NCBI GenBank assembly: GCA_050178385.1
Contig: JBFXGD010000009.1
Span: forward strand, 1 to 44,986
Length of the DNA stretch: 44,986 bases
Direction of reading: 5' to 3'
Source of the DNA: Calditrichaceae bacterium
GTDB lineage: Bacteria > Calditrichota > Calditrichia > Calditrichales > JBFXGD01
Shown: positions 8,366-19,100 of the stretch, piece by piece
How the letters are laid out: each line of letters begins with the position of its first letter
Numbering within the stretch: the stretch's first letter is position 1
Notes under the pieces: model-generated
The model's input: only the letters and a program-made list of their open reading frames with translations
Databases searched by the model: none
Told to the model about the DNA's origin: nothing
Made by a program: the position numbers and the translations under genes

Positions 8366-9190
8366 TTATTTAAAATCAGAATGATTCAGATGTTCCGTCA
8401 GAAACTTGAATGCCTCTTCGGGAGAATTTACAAAATTTAAAAGATCATGATCTTCCTTCGATATGGTACCCCATCGAACCATCGCGTCAATATCAATGAT
8501 TTCTTTCCAGTAGTCCTGCCCAAAAACGACAATAGGTAATGGTTTAGTGACCTTTTTTGTCTGAATTAATGTCAGAACTTCCATTAATTCATCCAGGGTG
8601 CCGAAACCGCCCGGAAAAATCACAAGAGCTTTGGCAAGATAGACGAACCAGTATTTTCTCATGAAAAAATAATGAAATTCAAACATTAAATCTTCTGTTA
8701 TATATGGATTGGGATCCTGTTCATGAGGAATAGAGATGTTGAGGCCGATAGATTTGCCACCGGCTAATTCAGCCCCTTTATTAGCTGCCTCCATAATCCC
8801 GGGACCGCCTCCGGAGCAGACATAAAAATTCTGATTTTTTGATTCTTTATCCATTGCCCATTCTGTCAGCATTTTTGATAGCTCAACCGCATCTTCGTAA
8901 TAATCCGCCAATCTTAGCTGAAGTCGCGCTGCGGAAAGTTTTTTTTCATTTTCCTTAGTAGGATTCTTTTCATATTCTTCCGCGAGTTCAAGCAAGCTTT
9001 TTTTTGCCTTAGCTTTTGGATCGATACGTGCCGAGCCAAAAAAAACAATTGTCGATTTGACATTTTTTTCTTCAAAACGGTAGAGAGGTTCATAAAACTC
9101 TGATAATATTCTAATTGACCTCGCTTTATTGCTGTTTAAAAAATCCAGGTTCCTATATGCTTTTTCCGGTTTCTTCTTCTTGTTTGTCAT
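8366..9190 (-). CDS. LOG family (TIGR00730-type) nucleotide phosphoribohydrolase, N-terminally extended type
   Basis: Motifs VFFGSAR, SGGGPGIMEAANKGA, FHYFFMRKYWF and signature PGGFGTLDE. SD GGAG precedes ATG at 9190. Confidence 0.92.
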   Translation of the reverse strand: MTNKKKKPEKAYRNLDFLNSNKARSIRILSEFYEPLYRFEEKNVKSTIVFFGSARIDPKAKAKKSLLELAEEYEKNPTKENEKKLSAARLQLRLADYYEDAVELSKMLTEWAMDKESKNQNFYVCSGGGPGIMEAANKGAELAGGKSIGLNISIPHEQDPNPYITEDLMFEFHYFFMRKYWFVYLAKALVIFPGGFGTLDELMEVLTLIQTKKVTKPLPIVVFGQDYWKEIIDIDAMVRWGTISKEDHDLLNFVNSPEEAFKFLTEHLNHSDFK

Positions 9191-9280
9191 ATACACTCCA
9201 CTTTAAGCAATGTTCATATTCGCATTAATTACAGGTACAAATTATTTATCTGGTATAACGGACTTTCATGGCCGCTAAAA

Positions 9281-11455
9281 TCAGCCCAGGGACTTCACCA
9301 TTGATGCGATTCTGGATTCATATTCCTTTACTGACTTTTTCATTTCAATGATAAATTCATTTTCATCAAATTTCCCGAGTACGGCATCCATTTCATCATC
9401 ATTTCGGTATGTGATTTTCCGGAAATCGTTTGTGTAGTCTTTTTTACGCGACTCGATTACCCATTCAAGTAGTTTTTGCGAAGTGTTAACGGAGTTTTCC
9501 AGGATGGAACGAATAAATTGATTGTCAATCATATTCATCTTTTTATCATGAATTTTTAACAAGCAGAAAATCCCGTGATTTTGTCTTTGCAACGGATATT
9601 GATCCCATGCCATATTATATTTTTTGTGCAAATCCTGCCAGGATAAGATCTTTTTTGATTTAATATCCGTAATAATGTTAAAAATATCATTTTCGGGAAT
9701 AAGCTGCCCGCCAATATTAATCCATTCGCGTTCAGGTTCTGAGTAGGACAGTTTAACGGCCTCGGCAACCGGTGTATTTCCTTTTTTTAAATGTATAATA
9801 TCATCGACAGCGCGGGCAAGTTCAACTGCCCCATAGTATTCGATCATCATATGGTATAACCGGTATCCCGAGACAGGTTTGATAATGTGAGCTTTGCCTT
9901 TATATACCATATTGTCATGATAGACCTTGAGTTCTTTTTCGATTGTGTCATCTTTTAAAAGCTTATCGACTGATATCTCACTGCCAATGTTCATTTCGAT
10001 TGTTTTCCTGATCAGATCCATTCCGGATATCATTTCTTCCGCAGTGTCAGGGGCTAGAAAATCAGTTTCAATATGCTGATCTTTAACTTTTCTTTTATCA
10101 CGGTTTTTGAATTTCCATTTATTCCTTGCAAGCGCGTACATATTATACCTGAACCAAAATGCCGGAATTATATTGACGTCCGCTGAATTGTCTGCCGCGC
10201 TTATCAGAGAGAATGGAAGAGTGACATTCATTTCAGAAGGATAGTTACCTTTTGCCACAAGTGTAAATGATGCAAATCGCGAGTTATGCTTAAAATTGGT
10301 CACTAATCCGGGCCAGAATCCTCTTCCCGCGAGAATTTCGCCGTCAGCTGCTCTGGAATTGTGATTTGAACCGATTGTCGCTCCCGCGGCGATGTTTGAC
10401 TGACCAAGTAAGGTAGATGCAATCAGAAATGAATTGTTATGATGCTGCTCGTGAAACGGAAAAATGAGATTGTTTAATAATTCGCAACAGGATACGGTGG
10501 AATTAGACCCAAGAAATGAGTTAATCAGCCTTGCGCCGTATTTGACCTGCACATTCCTGCATGTGACAAATCGTACTGCTTTTACACCGTAAAAAATATG
10601 ATTTCCATGTCCGATAATTCCATTTACTAATTCTACACCTTCGCCTATTTGAGTTGGTTCCTCGGCGCTGGATTGAATCGTCAGATTTTTTAGTTTGTTG
10701 GCGCCTTTAATATAACAATGGGGCCCGATATTGACATCCTTAATAATTCGGCTGTTTTTTATAACACAATGATTTCCAATTGAACCATAATATCCCCTGC
10801 GGGTATCCCCAAGCTGATCCGTCATTTCCTGAAATCGGTGGAGTAGCCCGGAATCATCTCTGAATCTTGACCATAAATAGGCATCCGCGGGAAGAATCCC
10901 CGCAAATGGCAGAATTTTCCTGCCGCCGTTTTCATTTCCTACTTCAAGCCAGATTCGAACACTTTCATCTTCCCCTTCCTTAACGATTCCATTGCCGAAT
11001 TTTGCGGTATCCACGGTAAGCATCTCATCTATATTAAACAGGATACAATTATTCCCGATGATATAATGAGAAAGGTACTGCACATTGCGCATTACTACAT
11101 CATTGCCAATATCACAGGAAATAATGGTACAATTATTCAGTCCGACCGGCAGACGAAGTTTATGAAACTCGAGATACTTTCTGGACAAATCTCCGATACG
11201 GACCATTCCCCAGAAATCGCAATTTCGGACAAGGGATGGATCAAAATTGTCTGAGACGAGTATCTTATCCCAAAGTTCTGCGGTATTGTTGTTTTTTACG
11301 AGAATTTCAATTTCTTTGGAGGTGAGCGCTCTGTACTTATGACTGTCCGTCTGTCGATTTCGAAAATAATACCGGTCTTTTTTATCGGCGCGCAGCTCTT
11401 TGGGCACAAAATCCTTACTGATATCTTCCAGTTTACCCTTCGTAATCTCCCTCAT
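9281..11455 (-). CDS. DUF4954-family protein with left-handed beta-helix-like repeats
   Basis: Recognised segments FGNG..NENGGR..PF, HEQHHNNSFLIA and AAGATIGSNHNSR; hexapeptide-like repeats (IGNHCVI, IGPHCYI, IGEGVEL). SD GGAGG supports a start at 11455 rather than 11572. Confidence 0.8.
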   Translation of the reverse strand: MREITKGKLEDISKDFVPKELRADKKDRYYFRNRQTDSHKYRALTSKEIEILVKNNNTAELWDKILVSDNFDPSLVRNCDFWGMVRIGDLSRKYLEFHKLRLPVGLNNCTIISCDIGNDVVMRNVQYLSHYIIGNNCILFNIDEMLTVDTAKFGNGIVKEGEDESVRIWLEVGNENGGRKILPFAGILPADAYLWSRFRDDSGLLHRFQEMTDQLGDTRRGYYGSIGNHCVIKNSRIIKDVNIGPHCYIKGANKLKNLTIQSSAEEPTQIGEGVELVNGIIGHGNHIFYGVKAVRFVTCRNVQVKYGARLINSFLGSNSTVSCCELLNNLIFPFHEQHHNNSFLIASTLLGQSNIAAGATIGSNHNSRAADGEILAGRGFWPGLVTNFKHNSRFASFTLVAKGNYPSEMNVTLPFSLISAADNSADVNIIPAFWFRYNMYALARNKWKFKNRDKRKVKDQHIETDFLAPDTAEEMISGMDLIRKTIEMNIGSEISVDKLLKDDTIEKELKVYHDNMVYKGKAHIIKPVSGYRLYHMMIEYYGAVELARAVDDIIHLKKGNTPVAEAVKLSYSEPEREWINIGGQLIPENDIFNIITDIKSKKILSWQDLHKKYNMAWDQYPLQRQNHGIFCLLKIHDKKMNMIDNQFIRSILENSVNTSQKLLEWVIESRKKDYTNDFRKITYRNDDEMDAVLGKFDENEFIIEMKKSVKEYESRIASMVKSLG

Positions 11456-11631
11456 CAAACCTCCGCAGGCGATTATTAATAAATATGGAATTATACAAAA
11501 AGAATAATAAAGAGTGAAATTTAGGTCATTTTCTCTAAAAATCATATTAAAAAAATGATTAATGCAATGCAAATCGGGATGGTGAATGGTTATTTGCGCC
11601 GGTTTTCATTAATGATCACTCCCTAAATTGA

Positions 11632-12828
<1,197 letters not shown>

Positions 12829-12842
12829 ATTAGGGAGTTAAT

Positions 12843-13175
12843 ATGCTTGAATTTGTATTCTTAATGGCGCCGCCAAGCGGCGGTGGTGCAGAAGGTGGAA
12901 ACGCTCTTCTTTCTTTTTTACCATTTATTCTCATTCTTGTAATTATGTATTTGTTAATGATTCGTCCGCAGCAGAAAAAACAAAAAGAAAAGCAAAAAAT
13001 GCTTGAAGCTCTTAAGAAAGGCGATAATGTCGTTACCGTCGGCGGAATTCACGGCAAAGTCGTCGGATTTGCCGATGATGAAAAAATTGTAATTGTAAAA
13101 GTTGACGACAACGTAAAACTGAATTTAGATAAATCTTCCATTACGCTTGTGGCGCCTGTTGGCGGCAAACAATAA
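12843..13175 (+). CDS. yajC: Preprotein translocase subunit YajC
   Basis: TM helix then IRPQQKKQKE..LKKGDNVVTVGGIHGKV; directly after tgt. Confidence 0.96.
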   Translation: MLEFVFLMAPPSGGGAEGGNALLSFLPFILILVIMYLLMIRPQQKKQKEKQKMLEALKKGDNVVTVGGIHGKVVGFADDEKIVIVKVDDNVKLNLDKSSITLVAPVGGKQ

Positions 13176-14104
13176 TGAAGATTGTTTTTATGGGCACGCC
13201 GCAGTTTGCGGTTGTGTCTCTTAAAAAATTGATTGAATCAAGACACCGGGTTCTGGCCGTTGTAACCGTTCCCGATAAAAAAAGGGGGCGGGGTCAGAAA
13301 ATGGGCTCTTCCGCGGTAAAGGAGTTTGCGTCAGAAAACAATATCCCCGTTTTGCAGCCGGTTGAACTAAAATCGGCTGATTTTATAAAAACTCTTCAGG
13401 CCATGGAACCCGATTTGTTTGTGGTAGTTGCCTTCAGAATTCTGCCGCGCGAAGTATTTGCTATTCCCCCAAAAGGAACTGTAAACATTCATGCCTCGCT
13501 TTTGCCAAAATACAGAGGGGCGGCGCCGATCAACTGGGCGATTATGAACGGTGATTCTGAGACGGGTGTTACCACTATGCATATAGATGAAAAGGTGGAT
13601 ACAGGGGATATTTTATTACAGGAAAAAGTAAAAATTGATCCTGAAACAACTGCAGGAGACCTGCATGATACACTCGCTGTTAAGGGTTCTGAGTTGCTTT
13701 TGAAAACGATTGAAAAGATAGAGATGGGCAATCTCACCCCAATATTACAAAATGACGCGCTGGCCACAAAAGCTCCCAAAATAAATTCTGAAACATGTCG
13801 TCTTAATTTTTCAGATAACGCTCAACGGGTTCATGATCACATTCGCGGCTTGAGTCCTTACCCGGCGGCGTTTGCCATTTATAACGATAAAATTATGAAA
13901 TTTTATCAAAGCTCTATCCTGGACTATGAATCAATTGCCGGTCAGGCGGGAGCAGTAATTGCCGTTGATAAGGATAGTTTTGTGATCGCCTGCGGAACGG
14001 GTTCAATTAAAATTACTGAAGTTCAGCCTGAGGGACGAAAAAGAATGTCCGTAAAAGAATTTTTTAATGGATATAAAATGCCTATTGGGTCAAGGTTTGA
14101 TTGA
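13175..14104 (+). CDS. fmt: Methionyl-tRNA formyltransferase
   Basis: MKIVFMGTPQFA, NIHASLLPKYRGAAPINWAI, DTGDI. TAATG stop/start overlap with yajC. Confidence 0.97.
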   Translation: MKIVFMGTPQFAVVSLKKLIESRHRVLAVVTVPDKKRGRGQKMGSSAVKEFASENNIPVLQPVELKSADFIKTLQAMEPDLFVVVAFRILPREVFAIPPKGTVNIHASLLPKYRGAAPINWAIMNGDSETGVTTMHIDEKVDTGDILLQEKVKIDPETTAGDLHDTLAVKGSELLLKTIEKIEMGNLTPILQNDALATKAPKINSETCRLNFSDNAQRVHDHIRGLSPYPAAFAIYNDKIMKFYQSSILDYESIAGQAGAVIAVDKDSFVIACGTGSIKITEVQPEGRKRMSVKEFFNGYKMPIGSRFD

Positions 14105-14328
14105 TAGGTTAAAATAAATCTGGATTAATGAGTTTTGAATCACAACAAGTTATAATTTCAAATTGATATATTAAGATTACCTGACAGTTAAGAAGTGTCG
14201 GAAATTCATATTTGTGTTATAAATCCGGCAATATATTTAAGTTTTGTCAATCAAATCCGAATTTATCATGTGTAGAAAAAATATACCTTGCAGATTGATT
14301 CAACATTCTGGTACATGGAGGTTGATTA

Positions 14329-15366
14329 GTGTACATACCCAAAATTCTAATTGTTGATGATTACCCTGAAAACATTGAACTCATCAAGAATTTCTTTAAT
14401 GGTGACGGTTTTCATTTTCTGACAGCCAGTGATGGTGAAGAAGCGGTTCAGAAAGTGTACGATCAGATGCCTGATATCATCCTGCTTGATGTAATAATGC
14501 CTGGAATAGATGGATATAAGGTTTGTGAAATACTAAAAAATGATCCCCAAACCCGTCTGATCCCTATCATTCTAATTACCGGTTTGGATGATATTGAAAG
14601 CAAAATTAAAGGTATAAAGCTAGGCGGGGATGATTTTATAACTAAACCCATCAATATGTACGAGTTGAAAGCCCGTGTTTCATCTTTGCTGAGATTAAAA
14701 GAATATACAGACCAGCTGGAAAGCGCGGAGCGAGTCATCTTCAGTCTCGCGCTGGTGGTAGAAGCAAAAGATGCTTATACTATAGGTCACTGCACCAGAC
14801 TGGCCAATTATGGCTCGTTACTTGCGGAAAAGGTAGGATTGTCAACTGATGAAATAAAATCAATCCGCAGAGGCGGAATTTTACATGATATCGGTAAAAT
14901 TGCCATTAAAGACAGCATCTTACTCAAACAGGGTCCATTAACATTTGAAGAATTTGAAATTATTAAGACACATTCTGAATTAGGAGAGCGGATATGTAAG
15001 CCGCTAAAGACACTCGAAGATGTTCTTCCAATCATTCGTTATCATCACGAAAGATATGATGGAAGCGGATATCCCGAAGGTCTGGCGGGAGAGCAGATTC
15101 CCATTCAAGCCAGGATCATCGCCATGGTTGACAGTTATGATGCTTTGACAACCGAACGTCCTTACCGACGCGCGCTCACAACGGCAGAGGCCATCCGTGT
15201 ACTGAACAAAGAGACGGCAAAGGGATTGTGGGATAAAGAACTTTATCGAATTTTTAAAGAAATACTTGAGTTAGAACATATTGAAAGTATTGTTAATCAG
15301 GGTATGAAAGAGCTGAATCACGGGATGCAGCACTTATCGGTTCATGATGCTAATAATTTTATTTAA
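14329..15366 (+). CDS. Response regulator with HD-GYP cyclic-dinucleotide phosphodiesterase domain (RpfG-like)
   Basis: Intact REC (VDD, LLDVIMP, LITG, ITKP); EAKDAYTIGH, LHDIGK, HHERYDGSGYP, DSYDALTTERPY. SD GGAGG before GTG. Confidence 0.94.
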   Translation: MYIPKILIVDDYPENIELIKNFFNGDGFHFLTASDGEEAVQKVYDQMPDIILLDVIMPGIDGYKVCEILKNDPQTRLIPIILITGLDDIESKIKGIKLGGDDFITKPINMYELKARVSSLLRLKEYTDQLESAERVIFSLALVVEAKDAYTIGHCTRLANYGSLLAEKVGLSTDEIKSIRRGGILHDIGKIAIKDSILLKQGPLTFEEFEIIKTHSELGERICKPLKTLEDVLPIIRYHHERYDGSGYPEGLAGEQIPIQARIIAMVDSYDALTTERPYRRALTTAEAIRVLNKETAKGLWDKELYRIFKEILELEHIESIVNQGMKELNHGMQHLSVHDANNFI

Positions 15367-15594
15367 TTTTTGATTGATTTAAATCTGAAAATTCCGGAAT
15401 GTTGCTCCACTGTTTAATCCCTGTGTGAAGACATTTGAGATGGAACAGAATTGTAAAGAATCCGTTTTAATAAAATCGGTATCTAAAGTATTTTGAGTTG
15501 TAAAAGTTAATTTCATAAAAAGTGTTTAGAAGATAAATTATATTTTCAATTTAATATAAAAGTTATTATATTTAGGGCTAAAAAAGGGGTAAAG

Positions 15595-15801
15595 ATGAAC
15601 AGTACTTACAAACTGATCGAAGTTGTGGGAACTTCATCCGAAAATTATGAAAAGGCCATCAGAAACGGTATCGCAAAAGCGTCGGAATCGGTAAAAGCAA
15701 TAAGCTGGTTTGAAGTCATTGAACAAAGAGGCGCTGTTCATGATGGCAAAGTCACGGAATTTCAAGTGACACTTAAAGTCAGTTTCAAAATTATTGATTA
15801 A
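15595..15801 (+). CDS. Dodecin (flavin-binding protein)
   Basis: 68 aa; YKLIEVVGTS..AI..A..WFEVIEQRG..FQVTLKVSF is the dodecin pattern. Confidence 0.93.
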   Translation: MNSTYKLIEVVGTSSENYEKAIRNGIAKASESVKAISWFEVIEQRGAVHDGKVTEFQVTLKVSFKIID

Positions 15802-15857
15802 GTTTATTTAATTGCATAAATTTTTTTTGTTTACTAAAAATTGCCACGGGAGGAAAA

Positions 15858-16106
15858 ATGGCTATACTAATTAATGAAGATTGCATTGCTTGTGATGCAT
15901 GTTTACCCGAATGTCCGAATGAAGCTATTACTGAAGGCGATCCTTTATACATCATCGATCCTGATAAATGTACTGAGTGTATAGGTTTTTTTGATGAACC
16001 GCAGTGCGCAGCAGTATGTCCGACTGATGCTTGTCAGCCGGATCCGGATTATGTGGAGACTCAGGAAGAATTGATGGCTAAAAAGGTCAAAATTCACGGT
16101 GAATAA
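15858..16106 (+). CDS. YfhL-family 2x[4Fe-4S] ferredoxin
   Basis: CIACDACLPECPN and CTECIGFFDEPQCAAVCP; SD GGAGG. Confidence 0.94.
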   Translation: MAILINEDCIACDACLPECPNEAITEGDPLYIIDPDKCTECIGFFDEPQCAAVCPTDACQPDPDYVETQEELMAKKVKIHGE

Positions 16107-16130
16107 TGTTTTGCGGTAAAGTTGCAAAAT

Positions 16131-16163
16131 AGGGCAGGCCACTCAGGTTTGCCCTTTTTTTTT
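16131..16163 (+). terminator. Rho-independent terminator after ferredoxin
   Basis: AGGGCAGGCC-actca-GGTTTGCCCT followed by a T run. Confidence 0.88.
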
Positions 16164-16200
16164 AAAACAAATCCGGAATTAATTTCTACATTTATTGAGT

Positions 16201-16229
16201 TTGCTATAAAAATAGAATTATCTTATCTT
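16201..16229 (+). promoter_or_regulatory. Putative sigma70 promoter for rny
   Basis: TTGCTA-17 nt-TATCTT. The region is AT-rich, so a chance match is possible. Confidence 0.45.
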
Positions 16230-16288
16230 ATAATATATGGAAAAGAATTATTTAAACAACTGAAAATCCATTGACTTGGAGAACGTGA

Positions 16289-17881
16289 ATGCCTTCGGAA
16301 ATTGAAATAATGGATATTGTGATATATACAATTTTGTTCATATCAGGTCTCGGAATAGGTCTGGGCATTTATCATCTTTTAATGGTTAAAGCCAAAAACA
16401 CTATCAAGCAGGTAATTGAAAACGCCCATCGTGAAGCAGACAAAATCAATAAAGAAAGTCTATACAAATTCAAAATGGAACTGCAGCAAAAGCGCGCCAG
16501 TTTTCAGAATGACCTTCGCCAGAAAGAGGATAAAGTCACAAAGATAGAAGCTCAGTTATTAAACAAGGAAAAGGAGCTTAAGAGAGAAGAAAATCAGCTC
16601 AAAATACACGAATCAAGAATAGAAACAAAAGAAAAGAAAATCAATGAACTTGAAGAATTGCTTTACGAAAAAAACAAAAAAGTAGATACGATTCTTGAAG
16701 AACAGAACAAAATGCTCGAACGTATTGCAAATCTCTCAATTGATGATGCAAAAAAACAATTAATGCAAAATCTTGAAGGCCGTGTTAAGCTGGAAGCTGT
16801 TCAGATGGCAAATGATATCAGGGCAGAAGCTAAAGAGAGCGCGCAGCGGGAAGCAAAAGAAATTATTGCCAATGCGATTGAAAATCTGGCATATGAATTT
16901 ACCATGGAATCGACCCTGTCGACGGTCGAACTTCCAAATGAACGTTTCAAGGGAATGATCATCGGTCGTGAGGGCCGGAATATAAGAGCCTTTGAAGAAG
17001 CGACCGGTGTAAAGGTGATTGTTGATGACACACCGGAACTCGTTGTTTTGTCAGGGTATGATCCCGTTGCAAGGGAAATCGCGCGCATAGCTATGCAGAC
17101 ACTTATTAAAACTAAAGCAATCAACCTCAACACCATTCAACAGGCTGTGCAGAAAGCGACAAATGACGTAAAAAAATCTATTCAAAGAGCCGCCGATGAT
17201 ACTCTGCGTGAGCTGAAGATACATGATGTGCATCCTTTGATGAAAGAAAATCTGGGCAGGTTAAGGTACCGTTACAGCTATGGTCAGAATATGTTACAGC
17301 ATTCAAAAGAAGTCGCTTTTCTATCCGGATCGATGGCGGTTGAGCTTGGATTCAATGTAAAGCTGGCGCGAAGAGCGGGTTTGTTCCATGATATCGGAAA
17401 AGCGATTACAAACAATTCCGAAGGAAGTCATGTAACATTGGGTGTTGAGCTTGCGGAAAAATGTAAAGAACACGAAGTGGTCATCAATGCGATTCTGGCG
17501 CACCATGAAGAAGCGGAACCGATTTCACCCATCTCTGTTCTTGTAACGGCTGCCGATAAAATTAGCGGAAGCCGGCCGGGCGCGCGAAGAGACACGCTTG
17601 AAGCATATGCAAAGCGCATCTCAAAGCTGGAAGAAATCGCAAACTCATTCGAAGGAGTGTCAAAAACCTACGCCATCTCGGCGGGTAGAGAAATCAGGGT
17701 TATTGTTGAGCCTGATAAGATCGCGGACGCTCAGGCGGAAGTGCTTTCATCTGATATCGCTTCAAAAATACGAGAATCGATGGAGTTTCCGGGACAGATT
17801 AAAGTATGTGTAATCCGACAGACAATAGCGTCGAAATATACAGATGATTATGAGGAAACTTTAAATCTCGACGACAAATAG
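16289..17881 (+). CDS. rny: Ribonuclease Y (divergent)
   Basis: N-terminal TM helix, coiled coil, KH motif IIGREGRNIR, HD motif AGLFHDIGK, RPGARR, AGREIRVIV, FPGQIKV. Confidence 0.93.
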   Translation: MPSEIEIMDIVIYTILFISGLGIGLGIYHLLMVKAKNTIKQVIENAHREADKINKESLYKFKMELQQKRASFQNDLRQKEDKVTKIEAQLLNKEKELKREENQLKIHESRIETKEKKINELEELLYEKNKKVDTILEEQNKMLERIANLSIDDAKKQLMQNLEGRVKLEAVQMANDIRAEAKESAQREAKEIIANAIENLAYEFTMESTLSTVELPNERFKGMIIGREGRNIRAFEEATGVKVIVDDTPELVVLSGYDPVAREIARIAMQTLIKTKAINLNTIQQAVQKATNDVKKSIQRAADDTLRELKIHDVHPLMKENLGRLRYRYSYGQNMLQHSKEVAFLSGSMAVELGFNVKLARRAGLFHDIGKAITNNSEGSHVTLGVELAEKCKEHEVVINAILAHHEEAEPISPISVLVTAADKISGSRPGARRDTLEAYAKRISKLEEIANSFEGVSKTYAISAGREIRVIVEPDKIADAQAEVLSSDIASKIRESMEFPGQIKVCVIRQTIASKYTDDYEETLNLDDK

Positions 17882-17902
17882 TATTATAAAATAATTATAA
17901 AT

Positions 17903-17937
17903 GACGCCTGCAGCTGATAAAGATGCGGGCGTTTTTT
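17903..17937 (+). terminator. Rho-independent terminator after rny
   Basis: GACGCCTGCA / TGCGGGCGTT stem followed by a T run. Confidence 0.8.
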
Positions 17938-18020
17938 GTTTAGATAATGATATTTTTCGAAATGAATTAATGTTTGATTTGGTTATAGAGAGAAAGTTCA
18001 ATATTTATGGAGAAAACGAT

Positions 18021-18344
18021 ATGATATCAGTAAGCGAACGCGCTTTACATAAATTAAAGGATGTTATTGATCAGGAAAAAAAATCAGGCTGGGTTGTAAG
18101 AGTGGGGGTGCGCGGAGGTGGATGTTCCGGATTCACATATACTTTGAATCTTGATGAAAAACCGGGCGAGAATGACCAGATTATTGATCTCAGCGAAATA
18201 AAACTGATCGTTGACGCAAAAAGTATTGTCTATCTGGCGGGAACAGAACTGGATTATACGGACGGATTGAATGGATCGGGTTTTGTTTTTAATAATCCTA
18301 ACGCGACAAAGAGTTGCGGCTGCGGCAGTTCATTTGCCGTATAA
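18021..18344 (+). CDS. iscA: A-type Fe-S cluster carrier (IscA/HesB family)
   Basis: VRVGVRGGGCSGFTY, LDYTDGLNGSGFVFNNPNA and C-terminal CGCGSSF. SD GGAG supports ATG 18021. Confidence 0.94.
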   Translation: MISVSERALHKLKDVIDQEKKSGWVVRVGVRGGGCSGFTYTLNLDEKPGENDQIIDLSEIKLIVDAKSIVYLAGTELDYTDGLNGSGFVFNNPNATKSCGCGSSFAV

Positions 18345-18385
18345 TAATTAGCTAAAAGAGATAATTACTTATAGCTGGCGCGTTT

Positions 18386-18420
18386 AAAAAACCTCGAATG
18401 AGATCATTTGAGGTTTTTTT
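18386..18420 (+). terminator. Rho-independent terminator after iscA (possibly bidirectional)
   Basis: AAAAAACCTCGAATG-agat-CATTTGAGGTTTTTTT. Confidence 0.88.
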
Positions 18421-18589
18421 ATGAAATTATCCAGCTAATTCTTCCATTATTGGTTCGATTATTATAAATTATGTTATCTTAAAGCAATGAATATTTGGTG
18501 ATAAGTACAAAATTTGAGTAAAAAATTGAGATAAGTTTTGTTTTTTATTGAGAATTAAATAAATTTTAGGATAAAAATGAGGATGCGGA

Positions 18590-19087
18590 ATGTATAAAAT
18601 CAGGTTAATAGGTGACCCTGTTCTAAGAAAAAACACTAACAAAGTGACTGATTTTAATGATAATGTTAAGCGTATTATAAAAAATATGATTGCCGTGATG
18701 CACCGTGAGGACGGAGTGGGGCTTGCCGCCCCGCAGGTTGGTCTCGAGAGCAGTATCCTTGTGATTGATGTATCAGCTGTGGAAGAAAATGAAATTCCCA
18801 GAGCATATATCAATCCTGAGATTCACGAGACTGCGGGAGAGTCAGTTATTGAAGAGGGGTGTTTATCTATTCCCGGTGTCAGAGAAGAAGTTCAGCGCCC
18901 CGAGAAAATAAAATTGTCATATAATGATGAAGATGGGAATTTCCACAAAGAATTGATTGATGGTTGGAAAGCCCGTGTTCTGCAGCATGAAATTGACCAT
19001 CTGAACGGAGTTTTATTTGTGGACCGGATCAGTCCTGTTAAACGTCAGCTGCTTATAAACCAAAATATCATTCCGGAAAAATATTGA
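18590..19087 (+). CDS. def: Peptide deformylase
   Basis: All three motifs present: GVGLAAPQ, EGCLS, QHEIDHLNG. Confidence 0.97.
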   Translation: MYKIRLIGDPVLRKNTNKVTDFNDNVKRIIKNMIAVMHREDGVGLAAPQVGLESSILVIDVSAVEENEIPRAYINPEIHETAGESVIEEGCLSIPGVREEVQRPEKIKLSYNDEDGNFHKELIDGWKARVLQHEIDHLNGVLFVDRISPVKRQLLINQNIIPEKY

Positions 19088-19100
19088 ATTAGGATATAAT

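Noticed and set aside
14105..14328. c-di-GMP riboswitch upstream of the HD-GYP gene
   Set aside because: No GEMM-type motif or terminator is recognisable.
15374..15387. FNR-like site TTGAT-TTAA-ATCTG
   Set aside because: It has two mismatches in AT-rich DNA, directly after a stop codon and over 200 nt from the next gene. No convincing TGTGA-N6-TCACA site was found in intergenic regions either.
17901..18020. 40-aa N-terminal extension of IscA in the ORF track
   Set aside because: It runs through the rny terminator. The SD and family length support ATG 18021.
18469..18813. 114-aa minus-strand ORF extending into an intergenic gap
   Set aside because: It is mostly antisense to def, and the remainder is low-complexity AT-rich promoter sequence.
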